DNA from: an uncultured Planctomycetaceae bacterium
GTDB lineage: Bacteria > Planctomycetota > Planctomycetia > Isosphaerales > Isosphaeraceae
DNA length: 64,000 bases
Direction of reading: 5' to 3'
Assembly (NCBI GenBank): GCA_963833985.1
Contig: CAWIAD010000002.1
Coordinates: forward strand, 5,280,001-5,344,000
Below, in pieces: positions 63,036 through 64,000 of the stretch (the first letter of the stretch is position 1; every line of letters starts with the position of its first letter). The notes beneath the pieces were generated by a model, which was not told the origin of the DNA, searched no databases, and worked only from the letters and a program-made list of their open reading frames with translations. A program made the translations under genes and the position numbers.

Positions 63036-63139
63036 GTCTCTCAGTTGCCATTGGCCGGTGGCCGGTTAGAACCAGTGGGCAGTGGGCAGTGGGCCATGAG
63101 GTATTGGGTACGGACCCTGGCACACTGCCCACTTCATGG

Positions 63140-64000
63140 TCAGGCGGCCGCGAACGCGGTGACGCCGGTGACCCAGGCGTGATGGGCTTCGTTATCCAGC
63201 TCGATGGCGCCTTCCATGATGATGTCGCCCTCGAACGCATCGCCGCGGCTGCCACGGGGCTTGTCAATCATGGCGCGCTTGAGGCGGATGCGGACCTCGG
63301 CGTCGGACAGGCAGATCGCGGTGCCGGGCCGCAAGAGAGGGGCAGGGATGATGCTGATGCCCGAGAGGAAGGGCGCTTCGAAGAGGTCGATCGGCGTGCC
63401 GAAGACGTTCGAGCCGGCCGGAATCCGCATGGCCGCGTGGCCCCAGACCGCAAAGCCGGAAAGGAAATCAGTGCTGACCACCAGCACGCTCGGGTTGCCG
63501 CCTCCGTTGAAGCAGGCCTGGATCGTGTCGCGCACCAGGTCCGAAGGCTTGTAGGCCGCGGCGTTGATCGGCGCGCTCACGTTATTGCTCTGGACCAGCG
63601 TCGAGACTCCCTTCATGAGCGGCCGGCTCGTCGAGGCCGAAAGGGGCACGCCCTTGCCGTAGTAGCAGGCGCTCTCGAAGTCGTCCATCACGTGCTGCAT
63701 CGCCAGCATGCGGTCGCGGTCCAGCGGGGTGGCGAAGCCGGTGACGTAGTTGCTGTCGGCTTGCAGGGCGCCGCCCACCTGGTAGGCATGCTGCACGGTC
63801 TGGCAGTACTGGGTGACCGCCTGGGGAATGCGGCTGACGCTGGCGACGTTCAGCTCGGCACCGGTGCGCGTGTTGCTCACCAGGTAGGCCGTCGCACCGC
63901 TGGCGTGGCTGGCCGCGGTGGTGCCCGCGTAACCAGGCTGCACGCTGATGGTCGTCGCGCTGGTACCGGCCGAGCCGGCGTCGGGCGTACCGGTGACCAG
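63140..64000 (-). CDS. Major capsid protein, SU10/DUF5309-like (HK97 fold), 5' truncated by window
   Basis: TQYCQT....QVGG, DFESACYYG, R.LMKGV, KPRGSRGDAFEGDIIME..IEL.NE.HHA match the family pattern as recalled; frame open to 64000. Confidence 0.8.
   Translation of the reverse strand: MVTGTPDAGSAGTSATTISVQPGYAGTTAASHASGATAYLVSNTRTGAELNVASVSRIPQAVTQYCQTVQHAYQVGGALQADSNYVTGFATPLDRDRMLAMQHVMDDFESACYYGKGVPLSASTSRPLMKGVSTLVQSNNVSAPINAAAYKPSDLVRDTIQACFNGGGNPSVLVVSTDFLSGFAVWGHAAMRIPAGSNVFGTPIDLFEAPFLSGISIIPAPLLRPGTAICLSDAEVRIRLKRAMIDKPRGSRGDAFEGDIIMEGAIELDNEAHHAWVTGVTAFAAA

Larger units (their letters stand above)
35776..64000 (-). mobile_element. Phage-derived cluster (prophage, or domesticated GTA-like element), continues beyond the right edge
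   Basis: About 30 co-oriented genes: capsid, tail tube, chaperone with slippery site, hub, sigma factor, prim-pol, P4/D5-type helicase. Confidence 0.85.

Overview
High-GC bacterial DNA, most likely from a planctomycete of the Isosphaeraceae type. The evidence is DUF1559, DUF1549/DUF1553 and DUF1501 genes, LE[S/Q]R-motif extracellular proteins and a PEP-CTERM protein. The left part (1-34.9 kb) is ordinary host genes: GH2, a PQQ-like propeller, two FHA-GAF-PP2C proteins, enolase, a diadenylate cyclase and peptidases. About 15 genes are split by single frameshifts, most likely long-read indel errors. From 35.8 kb to the right edge, all credible genes lie on the minus strand and form one phage-derived cluster. 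In transcription order it encodes an SU10/DUF5309-like major capsid protein, head-completion genes, a lectin-like protein, an esterase and a 1450-aa GH-A-like spike. Next come a tail terminator, tail tube, an inserted GT-C-like membrane protein, and a tail chaperone pair with a canonical -1 slippery site (C CCA AAA). These are followed by only a 309-aa ORF in the tape-measure slot, hub and tip genes, a pentapeptide protein and a sigma-70 factor. The cluster ends with a split prim-pol/SF3 helicase whose catalytic motifs deviate from consensus. No integrase, repressor or tRNA is visible at the left boundary. The most interesting hypothesis is a domesticated, short-tailed, gene-transfer-agent-like particle system in Planctomycetota. 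An ordinary or decaying prophage cannot be excluded, because the packaging genes and right boundary lie outside the window. All family calls are from motif recognition by eye, not database searches.
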